Positions 41,974 to 53,517 of a stretch of 64,000 nucleotides of DNA are shown here, in pieces. Source of the DNA: Naegleria gruberi (taxonomy: Eukaryota); assembly GCA_000004985.1 (NCBI GenBank), contig GG738861.1. One strand, given 5' to 3'. The position numbers were made by a program, and so were the translations under genes. Each line of letters begins with the position of its first letter. Position 1 is the stretch's first letter. The notes beneath the pieces are model-generated. The model did no database searches, was not told the origin of the DNA, and worked only from the letters and a program-made list of their open reading frames with translations.

Positions 41974-44900
41974 ATGCAAAGAGTGATAACCAGCCAATCA
42001 AAAAAGAAACTCTCCTCATCACAACAATTTATTTGGTTGTCGCTCTCTCAACAAACCTCTTCTTCTTCATCAGCTGTTGCCGCCAATTTTTCAACAAGTC
42101 AAAATTTACTTGTCGATGAGAGGGATAAGAGATTTTCACATACCATTCTTCTTCCGAAATCAAATTTTAAAACAAAGGCTTCATTGGAGGAGGAACTTAC
42201 AATACAACAAATAAGTAGAGATTATGCCTATACTAAATTAAAGGAAGATAGATTGAAGAGTGGAGCAAAAAGATTTACACTTCATGATGGACCTCCATAT
42301 GCAAATGGTACTCTTCATACTGGTCACTTTTTGAACAAGGTATTGAAGGATATTACAAATAGATTTAAACTTCTTACTGGTCACTTGGTTGAATTTATTC
42401 CAGGTTGGGATTGTCACGGTTTACCAATTGAAAGTAAAGTATTCCAAGAAATTAAGAAGAAGAAAAAAGGAACTGAAGGAATTACAATTTCTGGAACTAA
42501 AGATCCAATTATTAGAAAATTAGCTAAAGATTTTGCTGAACAAGCAATTCAATCACAATTGAACGATTTTAAACGTTGGGGTGTTATGGGAGAATGGGAT
42601 AATCCATACAAGACTATGAATCCAACATTTGAAGCCCAACAATTGAGAATTTTCCTTGACATGTTAAATAAGAAATATATTTTCAGAGGAAAGAAACCTG
42701 TTTATTGGTCTCCATCGAGTGGAACTGCATTGGCTGAATCCGAATTGGAATATCCAGATGTACATATATCAAAATCATGTTATGTCTTATTCCCAATTAC
42801 TACATCAAATACTGAAATGTCTCAAAAGTATGGTGAATTATTTGCCACTGTGTGGACAACTACTCCTTGGACATTGATTGCCAACGAAGCCATTTCCTAC
42901 AATCAAGATATAGAATATTCAATTATTTATGACTCTGAAAAACATAGAAGACTTATTATTGCCTCAGAATTAATGAAAAGCGTTTGTGAAAAGACTGGTA
43001 TTAAGAATTTCACTGTTTTACAAGCTATGAAAGGAAAGGATCTCTTTGTTAATAATGATATTTTAATGGGAGATAAGGTGTCATCCTATGTTAATCCATT
43101 GACTTCCTCCGTTACAGATAAGAAACTTCCATTTTTGAATGGATCTCATGTTACAACTGAAGTTGGTACTGGTCTCGTTCACACAGCTCCAAATCACGGT
43201 ATTGAAGATTTCCAAGTTGTTAAAGATAATAGCTTACCAATTGGACCTTGCTTTGTTGATGAATATGGTAAATATAATTCTCAAACTCCACTCCCACACT
43301 TGATTGGTCTTCCTGTATTGAGTGTTGGTAATGAAAAGGTTGTTGAAATGTTGCAAGGAGATTTGTCACAATATTTGCTTCTCAAAGAAGATTATTCACA
43401 CAGATATCCATACGATTGGAGAACTAAACAACCAATTCTCATCAGAATGACTGAACAATGGTTTGCTGAATTGAAAGATTTGAAGAATGTTGCCAAGGAA
43501 TATGTCGATGAAAAGATTGAAATGATTCCAAGTTCAGGAAGAAATCGTCTCAAGTCCTTTGTTGAATCTAGAGATGAATGGTGTATTAGTAGACAAAGAA
43601 CATGGGGAGTTCCTATTCCAGTATTCTATAAGGAAAATAATCCTTCAGAATATTTAGCAACAAGTGAAAGTATTGAACATGTGATTAGTCTTGTTGAAAA
43701 GCATGGTACTGATTGTTGGTTTGAAATGAGTGAAGATCAACTGCTGTCTCCTCAATACAGAAATCAAGGATGGAAGAAGGGAACTGATACACTCGATGTA
43801 TGGTTTGACAGTGGTACAACCTGGTTTGGTGTTGTAAAGGCCTCTGGTATTCCTCTTCCAGCTGATGTTTATTTGGAAGGTTCTGATCAACATCGTGGTT
43901 GGTTCCAATCGTCACTTCTCACAAGTTTGGCCTATCAAGGTGTTCCTCCATACAAGAAGATTGTTACTCACGGTTTCGTTACTGATGAGGCTGGAAAGAA
44001 GATGAGTAAATCAATTGGTAACACAATTGAACCAGAATCAATCATTAGTAAGCAAGGTGTTGATGTATTGAGACTTTGGGTAAGCCATAGTGACTTTTCT
44101 GTAGATGTTTCAATTGGTAAGAATGTCATTGAAAAAGTTTCTACCAATTTGAAAAAGATCAGAAATACTGCCAAATTCATGTTGGGTGTATTGGAAAATT
44201 ATGATCCAAACTTGCCAGTCTCAAAGGAACAACTTGTTGAAGTTGACTATTATATTATCAATAGAGTTAAACAATTCTGTGATCAAATTACGGAAAGCTA
44301 TGAAAACTTTAACTATTACAAGGTTAATCAACTTTTAATGACATTTACTTATGAACTCTCTTCATTTTACTTGGATATTGTTAAGGATAGACTCTATTGT
44401 GGAGAGGAAGAGGCAAGAAAACCTTCTCAAAAAGTTATTCATTACATTTTGGATTGCTATACAAAGGCTCTCTCCCCAATCATTTGTCACACTGCTGAAG
44501 ATATTTATCAATCAATGGAATTCAAGAAGAATAAGAGTATTTTCGAAGAAGGGTGGTTCATTAAGCCAGAAGATTTCTTCCAAGGCATTGAACTCCCTCA
44601 AGAAGAAAAAACAACTGAAATGTTTAATCAAGTTATTGAATTGAGACAAGAAATATTCAAATTGATTGAAAAGGCAAGAATGGATAAGGTTTTCAGAACT
44701 TCCAACGAAGTCAAAGTAACCATCGAAAGTGTAGAATCAGAGAAATTGATTCAAGCCATTCAACCACTTCTCTCGCAAAGTACAAAACAAAATAAGAATA
44801 CTCAACTCGAAGATATTATGATGGTTTCATCAGTAGAATGGTTGAAAGGAATTAATCCTAATCCTCTCTACACTCTCCAATACGAAACCAGTTTAGATTC

Positions 44901-45036
44901 TAAAAAAGTTTCACTTTCCATTTCTAAGGCAGACCTTCATAAATGTCCTCGTTGTTGGAGGTTTGCGAGTGTTGTAGAGAATGAGCCTTGTGGAAGATGT
45001 GCTCATGTTTTGGAGCACAATCACCAATACCATTAG
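41974..45036 (+). CDS. IARS2: Isoleucyl-tRNA synthetase, mitochondrial (bacterial type)
   Basis: 1020 aa. HIGH motif 'PYANGTLHTGHFLNKVLKD', KMSKS motif 'KMSKSIGN', and the bacterial-type C-terminal zinc knuckle 'CPRCWR...CGRC'. The N-terminus is Ser-rich and presequence-like. Confidence 0.9.
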   Translation: MQRVITSQSKKKLSSSQQFIWLSLSQQTSSSSSAVAANFSTSQNLLVDERDKRFSHTILLPKSNFKTKASLEEELTIQQISRDYAYTKLKEDRLKSGAKRFTLHDGPPYANGTLHTGHFLNKVLKDITNRFKLLTGHLVEFIPGWDCHGLPIESKVFQEIKKKKKGTEGITISGTKDPIIRKLAKDFAEQAIQSQLNDFKRWGVMGEWDNPYKTMNPTFEAQQLRIFLDMLNKKYIFRGKKPVYWSPSSGTALAESELEYPDVHISKSCYVLFPITTSNTEMSQKYGELFATVWTTTPWTLIANEAISYNQDIEYSIIYDSEKHRRLIIASELMKSVCEKTGIKNFTVLQAMKGKDLFVNNDILMGDKVSSYVNPLTSSVTDKKLPFLNGSHVTTEVGTGLVHTAPNHGIEDFQVVKDNSLPIGPCFVDEYGKYNSQTPLPHLIGLPVLSVGNEKVVEMLQGDLSQYLLLKEDYSHRYPYDWRTKQPILIRMTEQWFAELKDLKNVAKEYVDEKIEMIPSSGRNRLKSFVESRDEWCISRQRTWGVPIPVFYKENNPSEYLATSESIEHVISLVEKHGTDCWFEMSEDQLLSPQYRNQGWKKGTDTLDVWFDSGTTWFGVVKASGIPLPADVYLEGSDQHRGWFQSSLLTSLAYQGVPPYKKIVTHGFVTDEAGKKMSKSIGNTIEPESIISKQGVDVLRLWVSHSDFSVDVSIGKNVIEKVSTNLKKIRNTAKFMLGVLENYDPNLPVSKEQLVEVDYYIINRVKQFCDQITESYENFNYYKVNQLLMTFTYELSSFYLDIVKDRLYCGEEEARKPSQKVIHYILDCYTKALSPIICHTAEDIYQSMEFKKNKSIFEEGWFIKPEDFFQGIELPQEEKTTEMFNQVIELRQEIFKLIEKARMDKVFRTSNEVKVTIESVESEKLIQAIQPLLSQSTKQNKNTQLEDIMMVSSVEWLKGINPNPLYTLQYETSLDSKKVSLSISKADLHKCPRCWRFASVVENEPCGRCAHVLEHNHQYH

Positions 45037-45922
45037 ATGATGGTGGTGGAGGACAATTTCTTACTCATATTGATTTAATACAACCGGTGTTGCCCTGAGG
45101 ACAATGTCGTGAATAGTACTAATAAATCCTCTATCAGAACAAAATAACCCAATTGCCTATTTTTCAAAATAGAACACAACGTTGATAATAGTGGTGGTGT
45201 TTATTGGTGAATCAGTTTAATTGAAGATAATATGGATTTATTGTTTTCTAAAGCAACTGATTGTATTAACCCTTGAAGACCCTCAATATTATTGAATACA
45301 AAGTAAGATAATTGGAAATGTTTCAATCACCTCTTCGATATCCTTAGAGTTACTTGGAATTTCTTTGTATTTAAAGAAATAAAAGATTCTTTTGCTTGGA
45401 AATTGGATAGAAAAAACCTTCCACGGATACCGCATCACTTTGAATTATCCCTTCCATTTTCAAGCTTCATTTTTGTGACGAAAAACGATAAAATTTTCGC
45501 TTGATTTTTTTCCAGCCCCGAGCTTGCAAAGTGAGAGGACGGCTTCTAATTTACTTTCTATTTCGATGCCCCAGTCTTACGCTTGTCCACCAGCTACAAA
45601 CCTTTTTCAATAGCAAACTTGAACAATAAACAGAAGAAAAAAACTCAATATTATCCAATGATGTTGTGATAAAGCAATTTATTGTTAGTTTTTGTTTTCA
45701 TGAAGTAATAATAAGTTATTGCTCTAAATTGTTTTCTTGCTTACTACCACCATCACGAATATTTTTTATTGTTGTGATGATCGAATTAGAAGTTGAAATG
45801 GAAGCTGTCCTCCCACTTTGCCAGCTAGCCGGTGGAAAAAATTCTGATGGTGAAAAGTGGACAAAAAGTCTCCAGCGATTTTGGAAGGGATACTTTGAAT
45901 CATCATTTATTATTAAAAAAAA

Positions 45923-47200
45923 ATGACCAACAAGAGAAATTCAAAGAGACTCTCCCAAGTCGATGAATCAGCAAATAATGGTGGTGCTTTAGGAGAAACA
46001 TATTTTGGTTCTCGTATTTGGTTGAATAATGTTGGAAAAGATGGACGTGCAACAAACACTGCAAGTGGAGGTGGTTACTTGTTTACCAATGAAGAAGAAA
46101 TTAAAGAACAACGTAAAGGTGTATGGGACATGGTCAAAAAACTCGGTGGAGCTTTATTGGAAGGAAAAGATCTTGTTTCCGTCTCGTTGCCAGTGTACAT
46201 TTTTGAACCTCGTAGTTTCTTGCAACGTTTGCCAGATATTTGGGCTTTCCACAGTCTTTTAACTGACGCTGCTGACCAAAAAGATCCTGTTCAAAGATTT
46301 ATTAGAATAATCGCTTTTGGTATTGCCGGATTACATCAAACGTGTGTCCAAAAGAAACCATTTAATCCAATTCTTGGTGAAACATTTGAAGGATCATTTA
46401 GTCACAGTAGTGATCCATCGAAGGATATTCATCTTTTTGTTGAGCAAACTTCTCATCACCCACCTATCACAGCTTATGAAGCTCAAGGAAAAGATTTTAG
46501 ACTCCACGGTTATTGTGGATACCAGGCTAGTATTAGAGGAAATGCATTGAAAGGAGGTCAAATAGGACCAACATTTATTGAATTTGAATCTGATGGTGCT
46601 GTTATTCAATATTCTCAACCACTCTTGTGGTTGAAGGGTATTTGTTGGGGAGACAGAGTTCTTGAATATTATGACAAGATGAGTTTTACTGATGCTAAAA
46701 ATCAATTAACTTGTGATATTCAATTTAATCCTGATCAAAAGAGTTTTCTTGGATCTTTCTTTAGTAGTCAAAAAACACCAGTTGATTATGTGAAAGGAGA
46801 AGTTAAGAAAGATGGTCAAGTTATCGGAGTTATTGAAGGAAGTTGGTTGGGAAATGTCTATTATTTACCAAATCAAACTTCTGATTCACTCTCATCAATG
46901 AAGGAAAAGGAAAAATCTGAATTAGAGAAATTAGAATTATTCAATATTGCAGCCCAAATGCCAAGATATTTAAGACCTTCTGATAATCCACTTCCATCCG
47001 ATGCTCGTTTCAGAGAAGATGCTGTTGCTCTTCGTAATGGAGATCAAGAATTGTCTCAATTAAAGAAGGAAGAATTAGAAAACAAACAAAGAAAGGAAAG
47101 ACAATTGAGAAAGACTGGAAGTAGCAAAACCAGCTTATCAAGTGCTAATTCTCAAAGCGGAACTGATTTAGTGACTGCTATTAATAACAACCAAAATTAA
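45923..47200 (+). CDS. Oxysterol-binding protein-related protein (short ORP, Osh4/Kes1-like)
   Basis: 425 aa. The OSBP fingerprint 'EQTSHHPPITAYEA' is present, with a collinear ORD domain and a basic coiled tail. Confidence 0.85.
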   Translation: MTNKRNSKRLSQVDESANNGGALGETYFGSRIWLNNVGKDGRATNTASGGGYLFTNEEEIKEQRKGVWDMVKKLGGALLEGKDLVSVSLPVYIFEPRSFLQRLPDIWAFHSLLTDAADQKDPVQRFIRIIAFGIAGLHQTCVQKKPFNPILGETFEGSFSHSSDPSKDIHLFVEQTSHHPPITAYEAQGKDFRLHGYCGYQASIRGNALKGGQIGPTFIEFESDGAVIQYSQPLLWLKGICWGDRVLEYYDKMSFTDAKNQLTCDIQFNPDQKSFLGSFFSSQKTPVDYVKGEVKKDGQVIGVIEGSWLGNVYYLPNQTSDSLSSMKEKEKSELEKLELFNIAAQMPRYLRPSDNPLPSDARFREDAVALRNGDQELSQLKKEELENKQRKERQLRKTGSSKTSLSSANSQSGTDLVTAINNNQN

Positions 47201-47488
47201 GTCACTCCCGAGTCATTTTGTTCATCAAACTCTAATCTGTTCGATGAACTATCCAGCTTTGTACAGTAAAAATTTAAAATTATTTATTTAGTTTCTAATT
47301 ATTAATATTAATTATTAAATTATTAAGAAGATATTTGAATTTATTATTTATTCTAGCATGTTAGAATAATATTTCTTTTACAGAGTTTTGTGATTGGCGG
47401 GAAAATATCTACAAAATGTGTGTGGATCAATTTGAAGGAACAATCTAAGCACCAACTATTGATAACTTGCACAAAGAATACAAAAAAA

Positions 47489-48678
47489 ATGGGCAAGAAG
47501 AAACAATCCTCCAATCAAAAGAACAAGACCAAAGATGAAGATTCATCATGGGATGAAGTGGCACAAATGGCTGCTCGTAATGAAGTAGTAGAACAACAAG
47601 GAAAGAAAAAACAAAAATCATCTTCCGAACAATCCAATAATACAACAGCAACAAATAGTTCATCCAACAATACAACAGGTATACCTTTCACTGATCAACA
47701 AATTCGTCATCTTGTTGAAACTTTATCAGCTCGTTTGAAGAATGAAGAGAAGGCTGAATTGGAAACAATTGAACAAGAAACTGTAAAAACAATTTCCGAT
47801 TTAAAGCTTGAAGTAATGCAAAAGCTTGGAATGGATTCTTCTCAATCCGATAAATTAAAGACAGTAACTCAAGTTTTGGATAAACATTTTGATGGAGTTG
47901 CAAAGCAAAATTCAGAATTAAAACGTGAAAATGCTATTTTGACACTCCGATTGCAAACAAGTGAAATCAGAGGTGTAGAAGGTATGTAATTTAACAGATC
48001 TGTTGAAAGATTATTCACACAAAATTGATTTAATTAGTTGACAAACAACTTGCTACCGTAAAGGAACAAAAGGACAAACTTCAACAAATGTGCAATCTTT
48101 TACATGAAAATAATCAAGATATTCTCAATGCTTATGAAACAACAAAGAAGGAACATTCTGAAAAGTATGATTCATTGGCTAAGAAATTTTCTGATGCATT
48201 GGAAGATATTCGTGTAAAGATGGAAGCTCAAGCTGAGGAAAGAATTCAAGTCGAAAAGGAAAAGGAAACTCTTCATTATCAACTTGAAATTTACAAGCAA
48301 CAAATGGATCTAGTTGCAAGACAAGGTCAAAATGAAACAAAGAAGGTTTCCTTAGAAAAGCAATTATACGAGGCTAAATTTGAAGAATTGTTGGACTCCT
48401 TAACCAAGAAAGAAAAGGAAAATTTAACATTGAAAAAGAAAGTCGAAACAGCCAACCATGAAAGAAATATCATGTCCAAACAACTCAAAACATCACAATC
48501 CAAGATGGACGAATTCACAAAAACTGTCCAAGAAACCAAGAATAGTTTTGTTACATTCCAAAATAGGATTAATCATTTGGAAGAAGAGAATAAGGCATTG
48601 AGAGAAAAATTAAAGAAAACTCTTGGTTTAGATCAAGAGGTTAAAAAGAAAGCCACACCATCTGTACAAAATCAATAA
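47489..48678 (+). CDS. Taxilin-family coiled-coil protein; 2 exons (47489..47981 and 48038..48678), intron 47982..48037
   Basis: The ATG is at 47489; the listed ORF start is an upstream alternative start. Exon 1 ends '...RGVEG' at a GTATGT donor (phase 1). A TTAATTAG acceptor joins in-frame to the second ORF. 'KMDEFTKTVQETKNSFVTFQNRINHLEEENKALREKLKK' parallels the taxilin '[37 protein letters not shown]'. Confidence 0.5.
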
Positions 48679-48687
48679 ATTATTAAC

Positions 48688-51600
48688 TTATTTATTCTTT
48701 TCATCTGAGAATAGCAAGATATGCAAGAGATCTTCATTTCTAACGTGGGCAAACTCGTTTTCATTAGAAATTGGAAACTTGAATGTACCATGCTTTAGAA
48801 CAAACACTTTGTGTACTTCATGACCTGTTTTGAATTTGACAATTTCTTTAAACTGGTCAAGTGTTGATGAGGATGGATAGTTAAGAATGAAATTGTCCTT
48901 AGTGTCATTATCAATGACCACATAGACACACTTGTTATTGTTTGGAACTGGCATAAGTTGTTGGTTAACCTTATTCCAATCAATATCCTTTCCAAACACA
49001 AAATTACCAAACATTTCAACATCATTAGTGGTAATTGGGTTGTCAAAGTTTGTTGTTTTGAGTGGAATTTCTGTTGCATGTGTTTGGAATACTTGTAATA
49101 ATTCACAAACAAAGTCAAGTTTTGGCCTCTTGGAAGGAGTTAATTGAATCATTGAAATTATTAATCTTTGAATCAAGTTTGGATAACCCAATTTTTGAAG
49201 AGTTTGGGCAATAGCAAAATGAGTCAGCGTTTCATTGGAAGAAACAGCTTGGTGGAATAGATATTTCTTTGAGCCTTCCTCTTCTTCTATGCTTACATCC
49301 AATTTAATTTCAATATCCAATGTTAGCAATTCAAATAAAACACAACCAAAACTGAAAATATCCACAGAGGTATCAAAAGAGGCTGTCTTTTTAACAATGA
49401 AAGCCATTTCAGGAGCAATAGTGATAGGAGAACCTCTGGCTGATACTGATTTGTCGTAATTCCAATTTCGCATCAGACCAAAATCACCAATTTTTGCAAT
49501 TTCTTTTCCATTCTTCTCAATATCTAATAAAATATTATCAGCCTTCAAATCTCTGTAAACAAAACATTTTGAATGCATATGTCGAATGCCATAAGCAATT
49601 TCTAATGCAATATTAAAAGCATTAGGTACAAATAAATTGCCTTGTTCTCTCAACTTGTCAATTCTGTCTCTCAAATTTTCCTTATATAAAGGCATGACAA
49701 TATAACACTGGAAGCCAACATTTGCCTGATCATAACCATAATCAATGTAAGGAACTAAATTATTGTGTTCTCCCAATTCTTGAACACATTTCACTTCTGT
49801 TAAAAAGTTATTCACGTCGTTCTCGAAATACACCAAGTGCAAAGTTTTGATAGCAAATTTCTTGGCAGTATCTCTATCAATAGCTTCATAGACTGTTCCT
49901 TGACCACCTTGTCCAACTCTACCACAAATAGTGTACTTGCCAATATTTCTCTCTTTTTGTCCATCGTTCAGGATCCAAATAGTCTGCTCTTGGAAACATT
50001 CCTTTGCAAGATATTCAATAATTATTTCAGGAAGTAAATTGTGGTGAAGAGAAACTTTGGAAAGGGATTCAATGAGCATATCGCCAAGTCTACGATATTC
50101 ACTTTTGATTAATAGTTTCAGTTCAAGTTCTTTTTGCTTTCTTGTGGCTCCAGACTTCATGTCCATTCTGGTAAGTTTGGCTTTGAATAATACAGAAATA
50201 ATTTCATTTCTCAAAATATCCATTACTGAACCTATCATTTGTCTTTCATTGGTATCATACACTACACTTGGATTAAATGTAAACATAGTTGGATTTTTCT
50301 TATATCTCTTAAAGAATAAGACATCCAGAGTTGAAAGTAGGACCACAACTAAAAACATGTCGACGACCATCGGGTCTGATTTAAGAAACATGGTTTTGAA
50401 TTTTCTTGCAAGAGAATACTTGTTATTGATACCGAACCAAGAAGTATAAATACCAATCAGTTGGTCATAATTGTCTGGAACTGACATTAGTTCAATTTTC
50501 CTCTCAATAACATGAATGCAGTTAGGTAATTGATGAAGTCTCAGAGATGGCATAGTTTGAGGTGCAGTTGGTAACTGATGTCTGTACATGTAATGATATA
50601 GAGATTTGGCAAAGAGTGTAAGCTTGTATTCGTCAAGAACAGAAATGAATTGCATGGAAAATAAGTGAGATTCGTTTTCCCTGAAAAATCCAAAGTTCCA
50701 ATGCATATCCTCTCCATTACCTAAACAATGGATATAGAATTCGACCATTTTTCTACATTCCTTTTTCTTTTCCATTTTCAATGAAGTTTTTTCAGTCATT
50801 CTGTTATCTGTAAAGTTCAAATAATTGTAGAATCTACTTAATTCATCCTTTACACCCAAATAATAATTCTCTGTTTGCTCAATTCTATCAATAATCTCTC
50901 CAAGAATGGTAACTTTTAATTCCTCTCCAATGTTTCTAATATTTCTCTTGTACTTGATTGAGTTACAAATAAAGGAAAAGTTTGGTTCCATATCCTTGAT
51001 CTTGAAATATAAATATCTCAATATGAAGGAGAATGGAATATAAGTCTCATCTACAGTAATTGTTTGTGTGTGTTTGTAACCCTCGAAAAATCTAGTGATA
51101 TCTCTGCATACTACCACAGATTTGTCCTTACAATGTACTCTCAAGAGATTGTGTACAAGTATTGATCTATTCGAGCAGGAACTAACTAGAGAAACTGAGG
51201 AGGCTACTTTCTCTGGTTTAGAATGTCTCCTTCCAAATAAGTAAACATCTTGAAAATCTGATACTAAATATACACAATCACTCTTATACCATCCACCTTC
51301 TGAGTCTGCTGTTAGTACATCAACAATCAAGTGGCTGTCTGTATTAATCAAAACAGGAATGTCACTATTTACACAAGCACCAGAAATGTAGACCTTATCA
51401 TTGGTAGTAAGAAAGCAGATATTGTCTTGAGTTGGATGAAGTGAGGTCACTCTATTCTTTTCCTTCTCAAAGAATGTTAACTCAACGGGTACACCCTTTA
51501 CATCTTCCTTATGCCCAAGACCCAGTTGGCCTCTATCATTCTTTCCATAAACCAAAATAACTCCCTTTCGTGAGAGCATGTAGAAACTGCTCGAAGATGC

Positions 51601-53361
51601 TTTCAGTTGGGCTATTGAATCATTTCCATCAAGAATTTCAAATATTCCAGGAAGTTCTGTTGGTTGTGAGATACATTCCTCAATAATATTTAAATTCAAA
51701 GAATCTGCAATAGCCTTGGAATAAATATCAGATAAATTTTCTCTATTGGATCTGTTTTTACCACAGACTAACACTCTACCTTCAGAAGTTAAAAATAATG
51801 TCCAATCATAACCACAATGCACATCAATAATCTTATCATTTTCTAAAGTAAAAATGAATTGAGGAGTTCCAATACCATGATTTTTGTTGTACAATCCCAA
51901 AGCGAGCTCACCATGTGAGTTACTGCCACAACCATACACTCTTCCCTCTCTCGTTAGAAACATAATGTGCCTATAACCAATGGAGACTTTGGTTATGTGT
52001 TCATTATCAAAGTTGAATGGAATTTTAGTAGGAATTGTTGGAGGTAGATGTTTAGTCTCTTCTTGAGCTGAGAGCATGGAACAGAATGTTGACTGGGCAA
52101 TATCTGATACAGAGTGAGCATATGATTTTGGACCTTCATCGAATCCTGTCAATGTGGCCTCCGAGGTCATGAATCCTAGAGATTTGAGAGATGTTTGCTG
52201 TTTATCGGCAGCAGAAATTGCAGATTTTGTCTTTCCATTTCCAATAAACTCTATTGGTGTTCCCTCAAAGATGAATTCATCTGTATGACCAACTCCCAGC
52301 ATTCCTCTCTCGTTAATTCCACAAGCCCAAACTTCATTATCATTAAGGACCATTACTGTACATGATTGAGCTGTTGCTATTATTCTACAATCTTCCAAAT
52401 TAAATTTGAAATCTTTCTTATTATTTACATTACTCTCAGGATCGAGATATTCGATTTGATTATCCTCTTGATGTTTTGATGTATTGTCCTTCTTCAATTT
52501 TAATCGAGCATAATTCTTAACCAAGTATTCCTGTTGATATTGAGGTATAAATGTCGAAGAGGCTGAAGAATTTGTTGAGGCCAAGCTTTTTACAGAGTTT
52601 CTTCTTGAGCTACTATTGGATCCAGTAAAAGTATTGGAGGAAATTGAGCTATTTGTGGCACGATCATCAAACACTGCATTTGATCCATTTCCCAAGAAAA
52701 AACATTCTTGATTTTGGTTAAATCCCTTACATAAAAGAAGAGGATAATCTACACCAGGTCCAGAGAAGTGAATTCCACCCTCGGAACCTGTACTAGAAGA
52801 TGATTGGGTTGATTCATTACCCTTCTTTTTTGAACTCTTACCAATTTTCTTCTCCGACATGTCTGGTAGCTTTTGAGATGGTACAAGTTCGAAAAGAGAA
52901 GGAAAATCAGCAAGTCTACTACGTGTTGATGAGTGTGGGTGTTGAAAGAAGGGAGTCATACTAGATGTTGATTTTGGACCTATAGATGAATTCGTCCTCA
53001 GTGTAGCATCCATATGATAATGAAATTGACCAGCTTGTTGTTGTGCTTGAGAATAATTCATTCCTCCGAACGTACTAATATTACTACTATTATTCGTTAT
53101 CGTCGTCGACTTGAATTTTCCTCCATCATTGTTCATTGAATAATTTGCAAAATTCATTGAAATATTGTGATGATTAACAATATCACTCGCACTCGATGTT
53201 GACAACTCATCGGACGTACTGGTTGCTGTTGTTGCAGTTGTTGTATTGCAATTGTTGGTGGATAGCATTGGTGAGAAAAGGTAAGAAATCCTCCACCGTA
53301 TGAAAAGATACTTTTTTTTGCTATTATGATTTGAACACATCGTAGTAAATGCTTCGTTCAA
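48688..53361 (-). CDS. Large RCC1-repeat + serine/threonine protein kinase with a C-terminal ubiquitin-like/PB1-like domain
   Basis: 1557 aa. The N-terminus is low complexity. At least five RCC1 blades follow ('GINERGMLGVGHT', 'GCGSNSHGELALG', 'GKNDRGQLGLGHK'). The kinase domain has the Gly loop 'GRVGQGGQGTVYEAID', the VAIK-like 'FAIKTL', the catalytic loop 'YRDLKADNILL', DFG 'IGDFGL' and 'APE'. The tail is a beta-grasp-like approximately 90 aa. The listed start may be an alternative codon. Confidence 0.65.
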   Translation of the reverse strand: MNEAFTTMCSNHNSKKKYLFIRWRISYLFSPMLSTNNCNTTTATTATSTSDELSTSSASDIVNHHNISMNFANYSMNNDGGKFKSTTITNNSSNISTFGGMNYSQAQQQAGQFHYHMDATLRTNSSIGPKSTSSMTPFFQHPHSSTRSRLADFPSLFELVPSQKLPDMSEKKIGKSSKKKGNESTQSSSSTGSEGGIHFSGPGVDYPLLLCKGFNQNQECFFLGNGSNAVFDDRATNSSISSNTFTGSNSSSRRNSVKSLASTNSSASSTFIPQYQQEYLVKNYARLKLKKDNTSKHQEDNQIEYLDPESNVNNKKDFKFNLEDCRIIATAQSCTVMVLNDNEVWACGINERGMLGVGHTDEFIFEGTPIEFIGNGKTKSAISAADKQQTSLKSLGFMTSEATLTGFDEGPKSYAHSVSDIAQSTFCSMLSAQEETKHLPPTIPTKIPFNFDNEHITKVSIGYRHIMFLTREGRVYGCGSNSHGELALGLYNKNHGIGTPQFIFTLENDKIIDVHCGYDWTLFLTSEGRVLVCGKNRSNRENLSDIYSKAIADSLNLNIIEECISQPTELPGIFEILDGNDSIAQLKASSSSFYMLSRKGVILVYGKNDRGQLGLGHKEDVKGVPVELTFFEKEKNRVTSLHPTQDNICFLTTNDKVYISGACVNSDIPVLINTDSHLIVDVLTADSEGGWYKSDCVYLVSDFQDVYLFGRRHSKPEKVASSVSLVSSCSNRSILVHNLLRVHCKDKSVVVCRDITRFFEGYKHTQTITVDETYIPFSFILRYLYFKIKDMEPNFSFICNSIKYKRNIRNIGEELKVTILGEIIDRIEQTENYYLGVKDELSRFYNYLNFTDNRMTEKTSLKMEKKKECRKMVEFYIHCLGNGEDMHWNFGFFRENESHLFSMQFISVLDEYKLTLFAKSLYHYMYRHQLPTAPQTMPSLRLHQLPNCIHVIERKIELMSVPDNYDQLIGIYTSWFGINNKYSLARKFKTMFLKSDPMVVDMFLVVVLLSTLDVLFFKRYKKNPTMFTFNPSVVYDTNERQMIGSVMDILRNEIISVLFKAKLTRMDMKSGATRKQKELELKLLIKSEYRRLGDMLIESLSKVSLHHNLLPEIIIEYLAKECFQEQTIWILNDGQKERNIGKYTICGRVGQGGQGTVYEAIDRDTAKKFAIKTLHLVYFENDVNNFLTEVKCVQELGEHNNLVPYIDYGYDQANVGFQCYIVMPLYKENLRDRIDKLREQGNLFVPNAFNIALEIAYGIRHMHSKCFVYRDLKADNILLDIEKNGKEIAKIGDFGLMRNWNYDKSVSARGSPITIAPEMAFIVKKTASFDTSVDIFSFGCVLFELLTLDIEIKLDVSIEEEEGSKKYLFHQAVSSNETLTHFAIAQTLQKLGYPNLIQRLIISMIQLTPSKRPKLDFVCELLQVFQTHATEIPLKTTNFDNPITTNDVEMFGNFVFGKDIDWNKVNQQLMPVPNNNKCVYVVIDNDTKDNFILNYPSSSTLDQFKEIVKFKTGHEVHKVFVLKHGTFKFPISNENEFAHVRNEDLLHILLFSDEKNK

Positions 53362-53517
53362 ATTTGGTAAGCGGTATTTTAGTTTACAAGCTAGTATTTT
53401 TCTGTTGGAATTAGAGTGAGTTTATTGCAATGTTAAAATCAACTTATTCTCCATCATACACATTTGTGGATATCGAAAATATATTAAAATTTAAATTGAA
53501 AAGTAATTTTTAATAAA

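Noticed and set aside
45666-45926. 86-aa ORF upstream of the OSBP-related gene
   Set aside because: It runs directly into the ATG of the ORP gene in another frame. It is low complexity and probably 5' UTR or promoter sequence.
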